Assembly (NCBI GenBank): GCA_963827655.1 | Contig: CAWHCF010000036.1 | Coordinates: forward strand, 64,001-128,000 | DNA: 64,000 nt | Source of the DNA: an uncultured Acidobacteriota bacterium | Lineage (GTDB): Bacteria; Acidobacteriota; UBA6911 | Direction of reading: 5' to 3' | Shown: in pieces, positions 31,316 to 41,286 of the stretch | Layout of the letters: each line of letters begins with the position of its first letter | How positions within the stretch are numbered: the stretch's first letter is position 1 | Position numbers and translations under genes: made by a program | Notes under the pieces: generated by a model | The model's database searches: none | Seen by the model: only the letters and a program-made list of their open reading frames with translations | Told to the model about the DNA's origin: nothing

Positions 31316-31410
31316 GAGTCGTGCATGGTGGCGCAGACGTTGAGCCAGCTCGAGCACACGCGCGTCGGTGCGCCGGGTTATCGTGGCTGTAGCTGATGAA
31401 GACTCGCGCA
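31316..31410 (-). pseudogene. SEFIR/TIR-domain N-terminal remnant
   Basis: RVFISYSHDNPAH + DARVLELAQRLR (1-nt shift), ending at the MITE. Confidence 0.65.
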
Positions 31411-31558
31411 TGTGAAGCTCGAACAGCGAACATCGATCGGAATTATCAAGAGACCGAATGGTAGCAAAACCCGGGTCTCGCCACCAAGAGTAGTGGGTAT
31501 TGATATTCCAGGCAATCTCCTTGACTGCCTTCGAGCCTGCACACTAAAATCGCAACTC

Positions 31559-32635
31559 ATGAACAGACACCTCTCGCTTTTCGCTTTGCTTTTCTCCGTC
31601 GTCGCGCTCGCCTTTGGCCAATCTCCTACCAAACGCTACCTCTACCTCAGCATGCCTGATGGGGCTCAGGAGGAGGGCCGTTCCGGCACGGGCATTCTCA
31701 TTTTCGATATCGATAACGGGCACAAGTTCGTCCGGCGGATCGATGTCCCGATCTTCAAAGAAGGCCTGCGCGGCTTCACGGGAAACCTCAAGACGCGCCG
31801 CGTTTATTACTCCACAACCAATCGCCGGTTGGGATGCTTCGATCTGGAAACGGAGAAAGTCATCTGGGACCAGACGTATCCGGCAGGCTGCGACCGGTCC
31901 GCGATCACTCTGGACGGCAAGAAGATCTATGCCCCCACGGGATGGTGGTACAAAGGAGACGACAGCGGTTTCCTCGTCGTCAATGCGGACAACGGCGATC
32001 TGATCAAGCGGATCAACGTGGGTCCGCAGGCCCACAACAGCATCGTCAGTCTCGACGGGCGGTTTCTTTATCTAGGCACCACGACGATGCTGACCGTTTT
32101 CGACCCAACCAATGACAGCATCATCCGGCAGATCAAGGACGTAGGTGAACGAGGCATCTTTCCCTACACCATGGACAGCAAAAACCGTATCGGCTACATC
32201 TGCCTCGGCAACCATGTGGGTTTCGACGTGGTAAACCTGCAAACGGGAGCGGTTCTTCACCGCGTTTTTCCGGCCGGAGAGCGGATTCCTCACCGGACCC
32301 ACGGAGCAGGCCTGACGCCGGACGAGACGGAGTTGTGGATCAGTGATCAGGTCGGCAAGAAGCTGTTCATCTTCGACGCCACCAAAATGCCGCCGACGCC
32401 GAAGGGACACGTGGAATTGTCCCAGGGGGGGCATGGCTGGGTGTGCTTCAGCCTGGATGGAAAGTATGCGTGGTCCCACACGCCCGATGTCTTCGACCTT
32501 AAGACCAAGAAGCTGGTCGCAACCTTGAAAGATGAAAACGGAACCCCGGTCAGCAGTTCAAAGTTTATCGAGGTGCATGTTCGGGACGGCAAGGTTGTGC
32601 AGATGGGACATGAATTCGGGCTGGGACGCAAGTAG
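31559..32635 (+). CDS. Secreted YncE-like beta-propeller protein
   Basis: Signal peptide; blades TLDGKKIY, SLDGRFLY, LTPDETELW, FSLDGKY. Confidence 0.8.
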   Translation: MNRHLSLFALLFSVVALAFGQSPTKRYLYLSMPDGAQEEGRSGTGILIFDIDNGHKFVRRIDVPIFKEGLRGFTGNLKTRRVYYSTTNRRLGCFDLETEKVIWDQTYPAGCDRSAITLDGKKIYAPTGWWYKGDDSGFLVVNADNGDLIKRINVGPQAHNSIVSLDGRFLYLGTTTMLTVFDPTNDSIIRQIKDVGERGIFPYTMDSKNRIGYICLGNHVGFDVVNLQTGAVLHRVFPAGERIPHRTHGAGLTPDETELWISDQVGKKLFIFDATKMPPTPKGHVELSQGGHGWVCFSLDGKYAWSHTPDVFDLKTKKLVATLKDENGTPVSSSKFIEVHVRDGKVVQMGHEFGLGRK

Positions 32636-32705
32636 CCTAGTTCTGTTTTACGGTTACCGCCTCAGCTCGCCCACCCGTAATTGCGAACAGTAGTATCAAG
32701 CACTA

Positions 32706-33125
32706 TCAGATAAACAGGTCTGCCGGCACTCTGAAGAAGGCGGAGAGAGCCTTCGCCTGCGCCTTGCTGATCTGGCGTTTCCCGGCCAGCACATCGGAGA
32801 TACGACTCCGCCCGCCGAACAATGGCGCCAGGTCAATCTGTTTCAACCCGCGATCTTCCATCAGGATCTTCAAGACGGCCCGCGGCGGGGCTTCTCCGAT
32901 CGGGTAAGCTTTCTCCTCGAAGTCTTCGACGAGGCGCATCAGTATTCTCAGGAGCCAGCGCTCCCCGGAGGTAAGCTTCTTTTCGCCTTTACTCATCAGG
33001 CGGTTGACGATCTCCAGAGCCCGCTCGTTCTCAGCTTCGGTTTCGATGGGCTTGGGCAGCGCCGCCGTCAGTAATTTTGCATATCTTTGCGCCGCCGCCT
33101 TTCTGGTTTTAGCAATTGCAGTCAT
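32706..33125 (-). CDS. higA: HigA-type HTH antitoxin
   Basis: PIETEAENERAL, LMEDRGLKQIDL..SRISDVLAGKRQIS. Confidence 0.9.
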   Translation of the reverse strand: MTAIAKTRKAAAQRYAKLLTAALPKPIETEAENERALEIVNRLMSKGEKKLTSGERWLLRILMRLVEDFEEKAYPIGEAPPRAVLKILMEDRGLKQIDLAPLFGGRSRISDVLAGKRQISKAQAKALSAFFRVPADLFI

Positions 33126-33408
33126 CTTTCCACTTCTCCCAGCCGTATTCGGAGTGCGTCAATACAAATCGAATCAGGACGGTCTGGTCCTCGTAGTAAA
33201 TTTTGGTGATGAGCCGGTACTTATTCCCGCCGATGTTGAAGATCGTGCATCCACGGTACAAGTCGGCGTGCCTGAACATCTCTCTCGTTTCGGCAAGGTT
33301 CCGCCACGCAGCTCTCTTCGTGATGCGATACCAGCCATCCAGTGCTTCCTTTGCATCCAGGTGTTGCTGCCAGAACTCCCTCAGTCTCTTTCTACTGATG
33401 ATATGCAA
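33109..33408 (-). CDS. higB: HigB mRNA interferase toxin
   Basis: MHIISRKRLREFW, IFNIGGNKYRLI, LTHSEY; upstream of and overlapping the antitoxin. Confidence 0.92.
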   Translation of the reverse strand: MHIISRKRLREFWQQHLDAKEALDGWYRITKRAAWRNLAETREMFRHADLYRGCTIFNIGGNKYRLITKIYYEDQTVLIRFVLTHSEYGWEKWKDDCNC

Positions 33409-33659
33409 GGCGAACCTTTTGCTATTTGATGCTGCCGAAATGGTAACAGAAAATCAAGCTCGTTTTCCGAGAGGGCGCTGAGCCCTTCTTTTCTGTCACA
33501 AAACGTCCTAGAGGTACTACCTCATTTGTATGTCAACTGGGTGAATTCAGCCAATGATTCGTCGCTGGCCCGAAAGCTGACCGGACTGAGGCGGCGGGCG
33601 GAGCGCCTCGACATTATCATCGCCACGCTTAGCGGCGCTGGCGTAGAATGGCATCTATC

Positions 33660-34883
33660 ATGCGCTATTCAATTCCGTTTTCGCTGGTTCTGGCGCTGGG
33701 GGCATTCGCGATCCGCGCGGAAGACTGGCCTCAGTTCCGCGGTCCTACGGGGCAGGGACACTCGGCCGAGCGGGGTTTGTCGTTCGAGTGGAGCGAATCG
33801 CGGAATGTGACCTGGAAAACGCCTGTTGCGGGCCTGGGGTGGTCCTCGCCGGTGATCGCCGAAGGGCGGGTCTGGTTGACCACGGCGATCGATGAGCGGG
33901 GCGCGGCCGCGTTTCGCGCCATTGCTTTTGACGTGGAGACCGGACGGGAAGTCGTGAACGCCGAAGTCTTCCGGATCAACAACGCCCGCCTGGCCAATCG
34001 CAAGAATAGCCACGCCTCCCCTACTCCCATCGTCGAGGGGGACCGCGTGTACGTCCACTTCGGCGCCGACGGCACGGCAGCGCTCACCACCTCCGGCGAT
34101 ATCGCGTGGAAGACCAGGCTTCCTTACCAGTCTCAGCACGGCAACGGCGGGTCTCCTGCCTTGTATCGAGACCTGCTGATTTTCAGCTGTGACGGCGCCG
34201 ACGAGGCGTATGTTGTGGCGCTCGATAAGAGCACGGGCAAGGTTCGCTGGAAAACGCCGCGGCGTCAGCCGTGGGACCAGGCGTACTCGACCCCGCTGGT
34301 GATTCGCGTCGGAGACCGGGACCAGGTTGTCAGCATCGGCGCCCATCGCGCGGCCGCTTACGATCCGCAATCGGGAAAGGAAATCTGGCGCGTCAGCTAC
34401 GGCGACGGTTTCTCCAACGTGCCCCGTCCTGTCTACGGTCACGGACTCGTCTACATCGCAACCGGATTTCACCAGCCGTCACTACTCGCGGTACGCCCGG
34501 ACGGCGCCGGCGACGTAACCAGGACTCACATCGCCTGGACCCTGCAGCGTGGCGTGCCCCTGACGCCCTCGCCGCTGCTTGTGGACGATGAACTTTATCT
34601 CGTGAGCGACAACGGCATCGCCACGTGTCTGGACGCCAGGACGGGGAAGACACACTGGCAGCAGCGGATCGACGGGAACTACAGCGCGTCTCCGGTGTTT
34701 GCCGACGGGCGCATCTACTTCCTGAGCGAGGAGGGAGTGGCGACGGTCCTTGCCCCGGGAAAAGAGTTTCGACGGCTCGCGACGAACTCGCTGGATGGCG
34801 CGACGCTCGCCTCGATGGCGGTTTCGAACGGGGCGATCTTCATCCGCACCCAGAGCCACCTGTACCGCATCGGCGCGCGCTAG
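33660..34883 (+). CDS. PQQ-like beta-propeller (BamB-like) secreted protein
   Basis: EDWPQFRGP, GWSSPV, YSTP, YSASPV. Confidence 0.9.
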   Translation: MRYSIPFSLVLALGAFAIRAEDWPQFRGPTGQGHSAERGLSFEWSESRNVTWKTPVAGLGWSSPVIAEGRVWLTTAIDERGAAAFRAIAFDVETGREVVNAEVFRINNARLANRKNSHASPTPIVEGDRVYVHFGADGTAALTTSGDIAWKTRLPYQSQHGNGGSPALYRDLLIFSCDGADEAYVVALDKSTGKVRWKTPRRQPWDQAYSTPLVIRVGDRDQVVSIGAHRAAAYDPQSGKEIWRVSYGDGFSNVPRPVYGHGLVYIATGFHQPSLLAVRPDGAGDVTRTHIAWTLQRGVPLTPSPLLVDDELYLVSDNGIATCLDARTGKTHWQQRIDGNYSASPVFADGRIYFLSEEGVATVLAPGKEFRRLATNSLDGATLASMAVSNGAIFIRTQSHLYRIGAR

Positions 34884-35001
34884 ATCGGACTTGAGATCGC
34901 ACCGTTGCAGACGGCGGCCGGCATACCAGTCTTGCTGCGCGCAGTCAGTATCATTTACCAACCTGTGTGCCAGAGTACCGGCCTGAGACCGAGGCAACCC
35001 A

Positions 35002-36339
35002 TTGGCCCGAACCGCTGCTGAGCAACCCCAAGTCCAGACTGGCCGCCGCCGCGAACCCCGGAACCGGCTTCCGGTCCGGTACAGCGTGGTGGCCTTTGCG
35101 GTCTCGCTCGCGATGCTGACATACCTGGACCGAGTCTGCATCTCGGCCTTGTCGTCCGCCATCATGGGAGACCTTGCTCTGTCGCGGCTCCAAATGAGCT
35201 ACGTCTTCAGCGCTTTCACGCTGTCGTACGGCATCTTTGAGATTCCCACGGCCTGGTGGGCGGACCGCGTCGGCAGCCGGCGGGTGATCGCACGGATCGT
35301 AGCCTGGTGGTCCGCCTTTACCGTGGTTACCGGAGCGGCGTGGAGCTACGGGTCTCTGCTCGTCATTCGATTCCTGTTCGGCGTGGGCGAGGCCGGAGCC
35401 TGGCCCAACGTCGCGCGGGTGTTCTCGCGCTGGATTCCCGCCGGCGAGCGCGGCACGATGCAGGGAATTTTCTTTGCCGGCGCTCACCTGGCCGGCGGCC
35501 TTACGCCGATCCTGGTGTTCACGCTCAGCAAGTGGTTGGGATGGCGGGCAATTTTCGTGATCTTCGGCCTGATCGGATTCCTCTGGGCCTGGTGCTGGTA
35601 CCGGTGGTTCCGTGACGAGCCCGCAGAGCACCCCTCCGTGGGCGAGGCCGAGCGCCGCAAGATCGAGGCCGAGCGCGGCCTTCCTCCGCAGCATCACCTC
35701 GCCGGTTTCCGGTGGCGCACTCTCCTGGGCAACCGCAGCGTGCTGGCGCTGTGCGCGTCCTATTTCGCCAACGGATATGGCTTCTACTTCGTGATCACGT
35801 GGCTGCCGGCGTACCTGGCGAAGGCCCGCGGCTTCGAGAGCGTCGAACTGGGCCTGTTTGCCGGGCTGCCGCTGATCCTGAGCGTGGTATCGGACATCGG
35901 CGGCGGGTGGACGACGGACCGCCTGTGCCGCCGATTCGGCTTGCGGCCGGGTCGCTGCGCCGTCGGCTCGGGTGCGAACCTGCTGGCCGCCCTTGCCATG
36001 CTCGCGGGCGCCGCAACGGCCGACTCCAGAGTAGCGGCGCTCCTGATCGCTGTCGCCCTCGCCTCATCTATGTTCACGCTCGGTCCGAGCTGGGCCGCAT
36101 GTATCGATATCGGCGGACGAAGCTCCGGCGTCGTCAGCGCGGCTATGAATACGGCAGGCCAGGTCGGCGGGATCCTGAGCCCGATTGTCCTTGCCCTTGT
36201 CGTCGACCGATTTGCCAACTGGGCCATCCCCCTCTACCTGATGGCCGGTCTCTACCTGATGGCGGCCATTGTGTGGCTCGCGGTGCGTCCGGACCTCAAG
36301 ATTGGAGAAGGCGCTGCAACGCCTTCCTCAGGCCCTTAG
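35002..36339 (+). CDS. MFS transporter (ACS, sugar-acid type)
   Basis: TYLDRVCIS, RFLFGVGEAGAWP, MNTAGQVGG; the stop lies in the element's CTTAG. Confidence 0.9.
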   Translation: MARTAAEQPQVQTGRRREPRNRLPVRYSVVAFAVSLAMLTYLDRVCISALSSAIMGDLALSRLQMSYVFSAFTLSYGIFEIPTAWWADRVGSRRVIARIVAWWSAFTVVTGAAWSYGSLLVIRFLFGVGEAGAWPNVARVFSRWIPAGERGTMQGIFFAGAHLAGGLTPILVFTLSKWLGWRAIFVIFGLIGFLWAWCWYRWFRDEPAEHPSVGEAERRKIEAERGLPPQHHLAGFRWRTLLGNRSVLALCASYFANGYGFYFVITWLPAYLAKARGFESVELGLFAGLPLILSVVSDIGGGWTTDRLCRRFGLRPGRCAVGSGANLLAALAMLAGAATADSRVAALLIAVALASSMFTLGPSWAACIDIGGRSSGVVSAAMNTAGQVGGILSPIVLALVVDRFANWAIPLYLMAGLYLMAAIVWLAVRPDLKIGEGAATPSSGP

Positions 36340-36422
36340 GCGCTTGGTGAAACGTTCAAACCAACATGGTGTCGTTCACAAGGGGCCTTTCGTTCGGGGC
36401 GAAGTCCCCGAACGAACCTTAG
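36335..36422 (-). mobile_element. 82-bp CTAAG-flanked hairpin element, copy C, in a degenerate arm (junction repeat 9)
   Basis: Reverse complement of A/B; followed by cgt-cttagcggtc. Confidence 0.85.
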
Positions 36423-36448
36423 CGTCTTAGCGGTCAGCGTAGCTCCCC

Positions 36449-37291
36449 TCATCCGGGCTTTGCCAGCGGGCGCAGCTCGAACTTGCGAAAGAGGATCTCG
36501 AACCCTTCCGCTTCGAGCAGAATCTTGCCTGCTCGTGGAAACACGTCGTAGCACTCGTTGACGGTCACGCCGTTTACGACAATCGTAATGCGGTCTTTCA
36601 CGCAGATACACTCCACGCGGGTCCATTCTCCGAGCGGGCTTTCGACGTCGAAGCGCCCGCGCGTATCGATGAGTTCCTTGAATTCAGGGTCATGCTGCGA
36701 CCACCAGAATTGCCTGCCCGAGTAGATAGTTCGCGTTCCCCCCTTTTTCCAACGCGTGCGGCCGTCGGGACCGATCTCGGTGTCACTGGTGATTGTGACC
36801 GGGATCGGAGCGCCATCTTCGGACTTGCCACGAATCACAATCAGATCGCCCACACACCCCTGGGCCAACTGGCACTCTATCGACGACATCCAGGGAGATC
36901 GATTGCCGTCGGGTCCGATGGCATGCAGGAGAATCCCGGAATTGCGCACGGTCTTGCTGGCATTGGTCTGTGAACCCCACTTGTATTCCACCGTGAGGTG
37001 ATAGTCGCTATATTCCTGCCGGGTAGCGAGGTAGCCGAAATCGTCACCGGAGATCCGAATCATCCCGTCCTGCACCGTGAACACCTTGAGCGGATCTTCG
37101 TAGCGGGACTTCCGCAGCCAGGCGTAAAGGCCGGTGAGATCCTTGCCGTTGTGAAGCTGGATTACTTCCTGGCCGCGCGCAGTACTGCGGGCGATCGACG
37201 CGCCCGAGAGTAGAGCGGCTGATCGGCGGAGAAATCGCCGGCGTGAAAACCGATTTGGGTTACATGAGGTCCGGACGGATGTCACGATCAT
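36449..37291 (-). CDS. DUF1080 (3-keto-disaccharide hydrolase-like) protein with Tat signal
   Basis: SRRRFL; NGKDLTG, LTVEYKWG, RNSGILLH, GEWT. Confidence 0.88.
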   Translation of the reverse strand: MIVTSVRTSCNPNRFSRRRFLRRSAALLSGASIARSTARGQEVIQLHNGKDLTGLYAWLRKSRYEDPLKVFTVQDGMIRISGDDFGYLATRQEYSDYHLTVEYKWGSQTNASKTVRNSGILLHAIGPDGNRSPWMSSIECQLAQGCVGDLIVIRGKSEDGAPIPVTITSDTEIGPDGRTRWKKGGTRTIYSGRQFWWSQHDPEFKELIDTRGRFDVESPLGEWTRVECICVKDRITIVVNGVTVNECYDVFPRAGKILLEAEGFEILFRKFELRPLAKPG

Positions 37292-37297
37292 TTCTCC

Positions 37298-37364
37298 TTT
37301 GTCTTAGTGGTTAGAGCTGTCTAACAAACACCACTAAGACTCAAAGACACGAAGAAACACCAAG
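37298..37364. repeat. Two-arm hairpin (junction repeat 10)
   Basis: ttgt-cttagtggttag ... caccactaag-actcaaag-acacgaag-aaacaccaag. Confidence 0.85.
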
Positions 37365-37432
37365 AATCTTGGTTTCCAATATAGATGCGCAGGGCCCCTG
37401 ACCTCAACCGGTTTCGCCTCCTGCTGCTGCGG

Positions 37433-38428
37433 TCAGGATTGTGTTTCCTGGGCGCGGCCTCGGATCTCCATCACATCCGCGAGAATAATCTCCGAGATGG
37501 CCTGACGTCCCGAATGTCCCTCCACGAACAGGTCGCCACGCTCGCGGGTCCGGAATATGGCTCCCTTTCTCGCCCCGTCGAGAGCATAGAAAGGAGAGTC
37601 TTGCGCGACGAGCTTCGGCGCGACACTGAGCCGCACGCGCCCCTGCCACACCCGGGCGCGGCTCAGAAGGCGGAGTCTGCGTTGCGACGCGCGCGCGGTT
37701 TGCGCCAGTGACTCGGTTTCGGGACCGATCCCGATTCGAGCGACGTCGTCGAGCCTGGCCCCGGCACCCATCCAGCGGTTGGCCAGAATCACGATCTTGC
37801 AGGCTGCATCCCAGCCCTCGATGTCCATTCGGGGATCGGGTTCCGCAATGCCCAGGCTCCGGGCCTCAGCGAGGCCCTCGTCGAAAGTGAGTGAACGCAT
37901 TTGCATGGCAGAAAGGATGTGGTTGACGGTTCCGTTCAGGATGCCCTGAATCTCGACGGTCCGGCAATCCCGCAGTTCGGCCGGGGGTTGAACTCCCGTC
38001 GCGCCGCTGCAGACAAGTTTCGCCCCGCCGGCACGGGCAGCTTCCTCGAGTTCCACCCATGCATGAACCAAGGGACCTTTGTTTACCGTTACGACCGCGA
38101 TTCCGGCGGCGAGGAGACGGCGGAGCAGGGAGAGGGCGGGCTCTCCGTCCTCGAGGCGGTTCGGGAGTGATTCGACCACCGCCTGCACACCCGAGTTTCG
38201 CAACGCTTCGAGGAACGCGTCTGGATCAGCGATACAATCTTGCGGCGAACAATTCCGGAGGCTGAGGCCGCTCTCCTTCATCTGGATCAGCCGATTGAGG
38301 CGTTCCCGGGAAGCGAGACACACCCCTCCAGTGCTGTCGGCAATCGCTCGGATTTCGATTTCCCCGGCAACCGGGGATTCACGCAAGAAACGCGCGAAGG
38401 CTCGGGCGACATTGCCGAACCCCAACAA
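37433..38428 (-). CDS. Homoserine dehydrogenase (start uncertain)
   Basis: GFGNV, VVTVNKGPL, GILNGT, GIAEPDP..DIEGWDAACK. Confidence 0.88.
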   Translation of the reverse strand: MLGFGNVARAFARFLRESPVAGEIEIRAIADSTGGVCLASRERLNRLIQMKESGLSLRNCSPQDCIADPDAFLEALRNSGVQAVVESLPNRLEDGEPALSLLRRLLAAGIAVVTVNKGPLVHAWVELEEAARAGGAKLVCSGATGVQPPAELRDCRTVEIQGILNGTVNHILSAMQMRSLTFDEGLAEARSLGIAEPDPRMDIEGWDAACKIVILANRWMGAGARLDDVARIGIGPETESLAQTARASQRRLRLLSRARVWQGRVRLSVAPKLVAQDSPFYALDGARKGAIFRTRERGDLFVEGHSGRQAISEIILADVMEIRGRAQETQS

Positions 38429-38448
38429 TGCGACCGGAAAGGGCGGGA

Positions 38449-38480
38449 ATTGACGATTTACGATTGACGATTGACGATTG
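38449..38480. repeat. CGATTGA heptamer array
   Basis: Reverse complement of the array type at 20542-20576. Confidence 0.8.
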
Positions 38481-38726
38481 GGTGGTTTGGAGTCAGGTGC
38501 CGTTGACGTTGAGATTGACCACTCACCAATCGTCCCTCCGGGTGATAGTGACCAGCGATAGCGACGACTGACAAGAGGGACCGCCAGGATTCAGCGACTC
38601 GATTTTCCCTGCAGCCCCTCATGGTCCAATGTCGCGCCACCCATGGCGGAAGGCGCGCCGCTGTCTCCAGTTTGTTCGGCGTGGAATGGCTTCGCGCCGG
38701 ACTCGTGCATGCTCACGGAGCTGGTG

Positions 38727-39344
38727 TTACCTCCGGGCATCGGTCTTGGCCGGCACTGTCCAGTAATAGATCATAACGCCGTTCACATTGTCGCTGCGCT
38801 CCGGCTCCCAGTCTCCCATCCGGAATGCGTGCGACACGATGCGGGTACCCGGTTTCAGATCGCGCAGGAGCTTGGGGCGTAGTTTTTCGTTGAGTGATTC
38901 GAGCAAGTAGAGGGTCACGACCGTGGCTTCGCTGATATTCGCCTGAAAGAGATCTTCGTTGCTGAACCGAACCAGGTCTGTGACCCCGGCGGCGCGGGCA
39001 TTTTCTTCTGCCTCCCGTATGCGCTGCGGGTCGATGTCGATGCCGACTCCCCGCACCTTGTGCTGCTTCGCGGCCGTGATCACGATACGGCCGTCTCCGG
39101 ATCCAAGATCGTAGAGCACATCTCCTTCTTTCACAGCCGCCATGCGCAGCATCTTGTCCACGACCTCCGGCGGAGTGGGAACGTAGATCACGTCGGGTGT
39201 TCGTACTTGCGCGGCCGGCGCCGGTTTCTGCTGGTTCGCCGAACTCCGGGATTCTTGTTTGGCCGAGCCTGCTTGCGGGCCTGCCCATGAGGTTTCCACC
39301 ACGGCGATGGCAAGTGTCAGCCAGAAGACAGATATTGTTTTCAA
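38727..39344 (-). CDS. Secreted class I SAM-dependent methyltransferase
   Basis: YVPTP, YDLGSGDGRIV, GIDIDP, PGTRIVSH. Confidence 0.9.
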   Translation of the reverse strand: MKTISVFWLTLAIAVVETSWAGPQAGSAKQESRSSANQQKPAPAAQVRTPDVIYVPTPPEVVDKMLRMAAVKEGDVLYDLGSGDGRIVITAAKQHKVRGVGIDIDPQRIREAEENARAAGVTDLVRFSNEDLFQANISEATVVTLYLLESLNEKLRPKLLRDLKPGTRIVSHAFRMGDWEPERSDNVNGVMIYYWTVPAKTDARR

Positions 39345-39498
39345 AATGAATTCCTCCGGGTCTCTACAGAGTTAATGTTCGGGGGGGTCTCGCTGTTTGC
39401 GCTCGAAGTGGCCGCTAAACATATGAAGGCACCGGTCGAACCAGCGCCCTGGAAGGGTCCTTCTAGGTTCATCGCCGCGATTATACATCACGGCCGCG

Positions 39499-39768
39499 CT
39501 AACCGTGTCCCGATAGGGCCGGGTGACCGAGCGCTCTACGGATGAGAGCGGCGGCGGCGACTGCCGACCAGGTACCTTCCAGTACCACGAAGGGCATGAA
39601 GTCGATCAGATACGAGGAGTAACACGCCAGCGCGCCGCCGACAAAGTTGAGCACAATATAGATGTAGGCCTCGGAGCGCAGGAACTTGAAAAGATTGAGA
39701 AAGAAGGCGAGCAGAAGAAGGCTGACTCCCAGAAACCCAATCATGGTCGGGACGCTCTGGTGTTCCAT
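39499..39768 (-). CDS. Small 3-TM membrane protein (CBU_0592-like)
   Basis: GFLGVSLLLLAFFL, YIVLNFVG, PFVVLEGTW. Confidence 0.7.
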   Translation of the reverse strand: MEHQSVPTMIGFLGVSLLLLAFFLNLFKFLRSEAYIYIVLNFVGGALACYSSYLIDFMPFVVLEGTWSAVAAAALIRRALGHPALSGHG

Positions 39769-39963
39769 GACACACTCCCATTTCCACAATTTTTCGTACC
39801 GTGATGAGCAAAACCGGAGACCGAACCGCCGGCGACTCGTCAAAGAGAGACTGCCGATCACGTCCACGGCGTATTTCCAGGACCATGGATGGGCTCGCTC
39901 ACGCGCGTGTACGCGTTCTTCCGAGATTCTTTCGAGCGGGCGAGATTCGGCAAGGCCTGCTGA

Positions 39964-41286
39964 TCAAGCCGCAGTCTGGTCTTCGACGGCGGTGAATTCC
40001 CGTCCTCGAGTTTCGGGCCCCAGCCAGATCGACAGAATTACGATCAGACCCGACGCCGCGATCAGAGCGCTCATCGCGGTTGTCAGAGCGAACCCTCGAT
40101 CCTGAAGCCTGCCGATGAGAGCCGGAGTCACCGAGCCGATAGCGGCTCCTGCATGATAGGCGAAGCCGGAGCCCACCCCTCGCACAACGGTTGGGAACCT
40201 CTCGGTGAGGTAGCTGGGGACGACACCCCACATGCCGGGCGCCCCCATCCCCATCACGAGCGACCCCAGGAAGAGAACGGTGGGATTGCTTGTCAGAAGA
40301 TAGAGTGGAATGGAGAGGATGCCCATCAGCGAAGCCACGGTAATGGCGCCGCGCCGCCCCAGGCGCGTCTCCGACAGGCGGCCCCAGAGGGCGGCGCCTG
40401 CAATCCCGCCCAGGTTGAGAGCTACGAGATAGCGGAGCGGCTCCAGACCTGTTTCGCGCAAGAAGGTCGGATACCAGAAAGAAACGGAGTAGTAGGAGAA
40501 CATCAGCGCGCCCATAAGAAGGCAACACTGCACGGTAATAGCCGCGAGATCTCCCCGGAAGATATGAAGGAGCGATACTTTCTTTCTCTCCGGTCGCTGG
40601 CGCAGATGACGCTGCCGGTCGAGCCAGACGGGACTCTCCGACACTCCGGTGCGGATCCAGAGCACGAGGAGCGCGGGTATCACACCGACCCAGAACATCA
40701 CCCGCCACCCGAGATCCGGGCGATGATCAAACAGAGGGTAGACATAATGAAATATCAGCGCCGAGAGAATGAAACCCCAGGAAAAGCCTCCCTGAAGCAG
40801 ACCCGAAGCGGTTCCCCGCAGATGCGCCGGCCAGTGTTCGAGGGCCAAAGGCATGCCGGCCGCCCATTCGCCTCCCATCCCGATTCCGAAAAGCGCCCGG
40901 AAAGCAAATAGCATCGCGTAGGAAGTGGAGAAGCCGCTGAGAAAAGCAAAGAGCGAAAACCAGAGAATCGAGAGCATTAGCGGCAGCTTCCGTCCCCATC
41001 GATCGGCCACCGCGCCGGCTGCAACGCCGCCGATCAGGCGAAAGAACAGAGTGACCGTCCCGAGCGCTCCGGCCAGGGCTTTGTCTACCGCGAAGCTCTG
41101 CTGGATGTCGATGAGGACGAAGGTGATGATCGTGGCATCGAAGCCGTCGAGAACCCATCCAGCGAAGGTGGCCAGAAAGGCCTTCCACTGCTCGCGATTG
41201 ACCTGTCGATACCATGGAAGAGCCCGGTTCATGGATTCCAATTTCGAGTTTTCCTCAACCAGTGCGCGCGAACCTGTCTCATTCAT
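39964..41286 (-). CDS. MFS transporter (sialate:H+ symporter/NanT-like)
   Basis: GWVLDGFD, ADRWGRK, FGIGMGGEW, ERFPT. Confidence 0.9.
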   Translation of the reverse strand: MNETGSRALVEENSKLESMNRALPWYRQVNREQWKAFLATFAGWVLDGFDATIITFVLIDIQQSFAVDKALAGALGTVTLFFRLIGGVAAGAVADRWGRKLPLMLSILWFSLFAFLSGFSTSYAMLFAFRALFGIGMGGEWAAGMPLALEHWPAHLRGTASGLLQGGFSWGFILSALIFHYVYPLFDHRPDLGWRVMFWVGVIPALLVLWIRTGVSESPVWLDRQRHLRQRPERKKVSLLHIFRGDLAAITVQCCLLMGALMFSYYSVSFWYPTFLRETGLEPLRYLVALNLGGIAGAALWGRLSETRLGRRGAITVASLMGILSIPLYLLTSNPTVLFLGSLVMGMGAPGMWGVVPSYLTERFPTVVRGVGSGFAYHAGAAIGSVTPALIGRLQDRGFALTTAMSALIAASGLIVILSIWLGPETRGREFTAVEDQTAA

